From Nanopusillaceae archaeon (GTDB taxonomy: Archaea; Nanobdellota; Nanobdellia; Nanobdellales; Nanobdellaceae), in contig JAWBIX010000006.1 in the NCBI GenBank assembly GCA_038833255.1, positions 1-13,414 of the forward strand: a stretch of DNA of 13,414 bases. The letters run 5' to 3'. Below the pieces are notes generated by a model, which saw only the letters and a program-made list of their open reading frames with translations, ran no database searches and was not told the DNA's origin. Below are positions 13,358 to 13,414 of the stretch, piece after piece (the stretch's first letter is position 1; each line of letters begins with the position of its first letter). The translations under genes and the position numbers were made by a program.

Positions 13358-13414
13358 GGGCCCGTAGTCTAGTGGTATGATGCCGCCCTCACTAGGCGGA
13401 GGTCGGGGGTTCAA
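13358..13414 (+). tRNA. tRNA-Val (anticodon CAC), 5' portion only; truncated in the T-loop by the window edge
   Basis: Sequence: GGGCCCG TA GTCT AGTGGTA TGAT G CCGCC CTCACTA GGCGG AGGTC GGGGG TTCAA... The acceptor 5' strand, D arm with GG, perfect 5-bp anticodon stem, 7-nt loop with U33 and anticodon CAC, 5-nt variable loop and T-stem/TTCAA all sit at canonical spacing. Confidence 0.8.

Noticed and set aside
1-13414. CRISPR arrays, IS elements or integrases, rRNA or other structured-RNA islands
   Set aside because: I saw no spaced direct repeats and no transposase- or integrase-like ORF. The only G+C-rich islands in this AT-rich window are the two tRNAs; other short GC patches encode Gly/Pro/Arg motifs inside CDSs.

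Overview
Very AT-rich archaeal chromosomal segment (about a quarter G+C by eye) with extreme gene density. By my hand count only ~205 of 13,414 nt lie outside a predicted gene, and six gene pairs overlap. I call 15 protein genes and 2 tRNA genes, almost all housekeeping. Minus-strand run 4696->1: ribosomal protein L31e, Trm1, a 95-aa orphan, Hef helicase/nuclease and an NSUN/Trm4-like m5C RNA methyltransferase (absent from the ORF track, non-ATG start, truncated by the window edge). Next come a small membrane protein (+), tRNA-Leu(GAG) (-) and CysRS (+). Minus-strand run 9749->6703: ThiI, a UPF0282-type MBL-fold hydrolase and a NurA-like nuclease. Plus-strand pair: an HDAC-family deacetylase overlapping a compact GH1 glycosidase. 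Minus-strand run 13320->11691: a polytopic membrane protein, TFS and an archaeal-type signal peptidase I. The 5' part of tRNA-Val(CAC) ends the window. Hef, L31e, TFS, Trm1 and the ER-type signal peptidase indicate an archaeon. The ~2/3 G+C tRNA in this AT-rich background, plus uniformly small proteins, suggests a thermophilic, genome-reduced DPANN/Nanoarchaeota-like lineage (inference only). I saw no rRNA, CRISPR array, transposase/integrase or obvious defence or toxin-antitoxin signature. I do not see an unambiguous novel multi-gene system. The best leads are modest: (1) the 95-aa orphan next to Hef ends in a near-canonical PCNA-interacting (PIP) box; (2) ThiI, the UPF0282 MBL protein and a minimal NurA orphaned from HerA/Mre11/Rad50 form a tightly packed unit; (3) the HDAC-family deacetylase overlaps a miniaturised but catalytically intact GH1; (4) ThiI carries a bacterial-type Cys pair and a very short rhodanese-like tail; (5) both tRNA genes sit head-to-head with protein genes across ~38-bp spacers with crossed TATA candidates.
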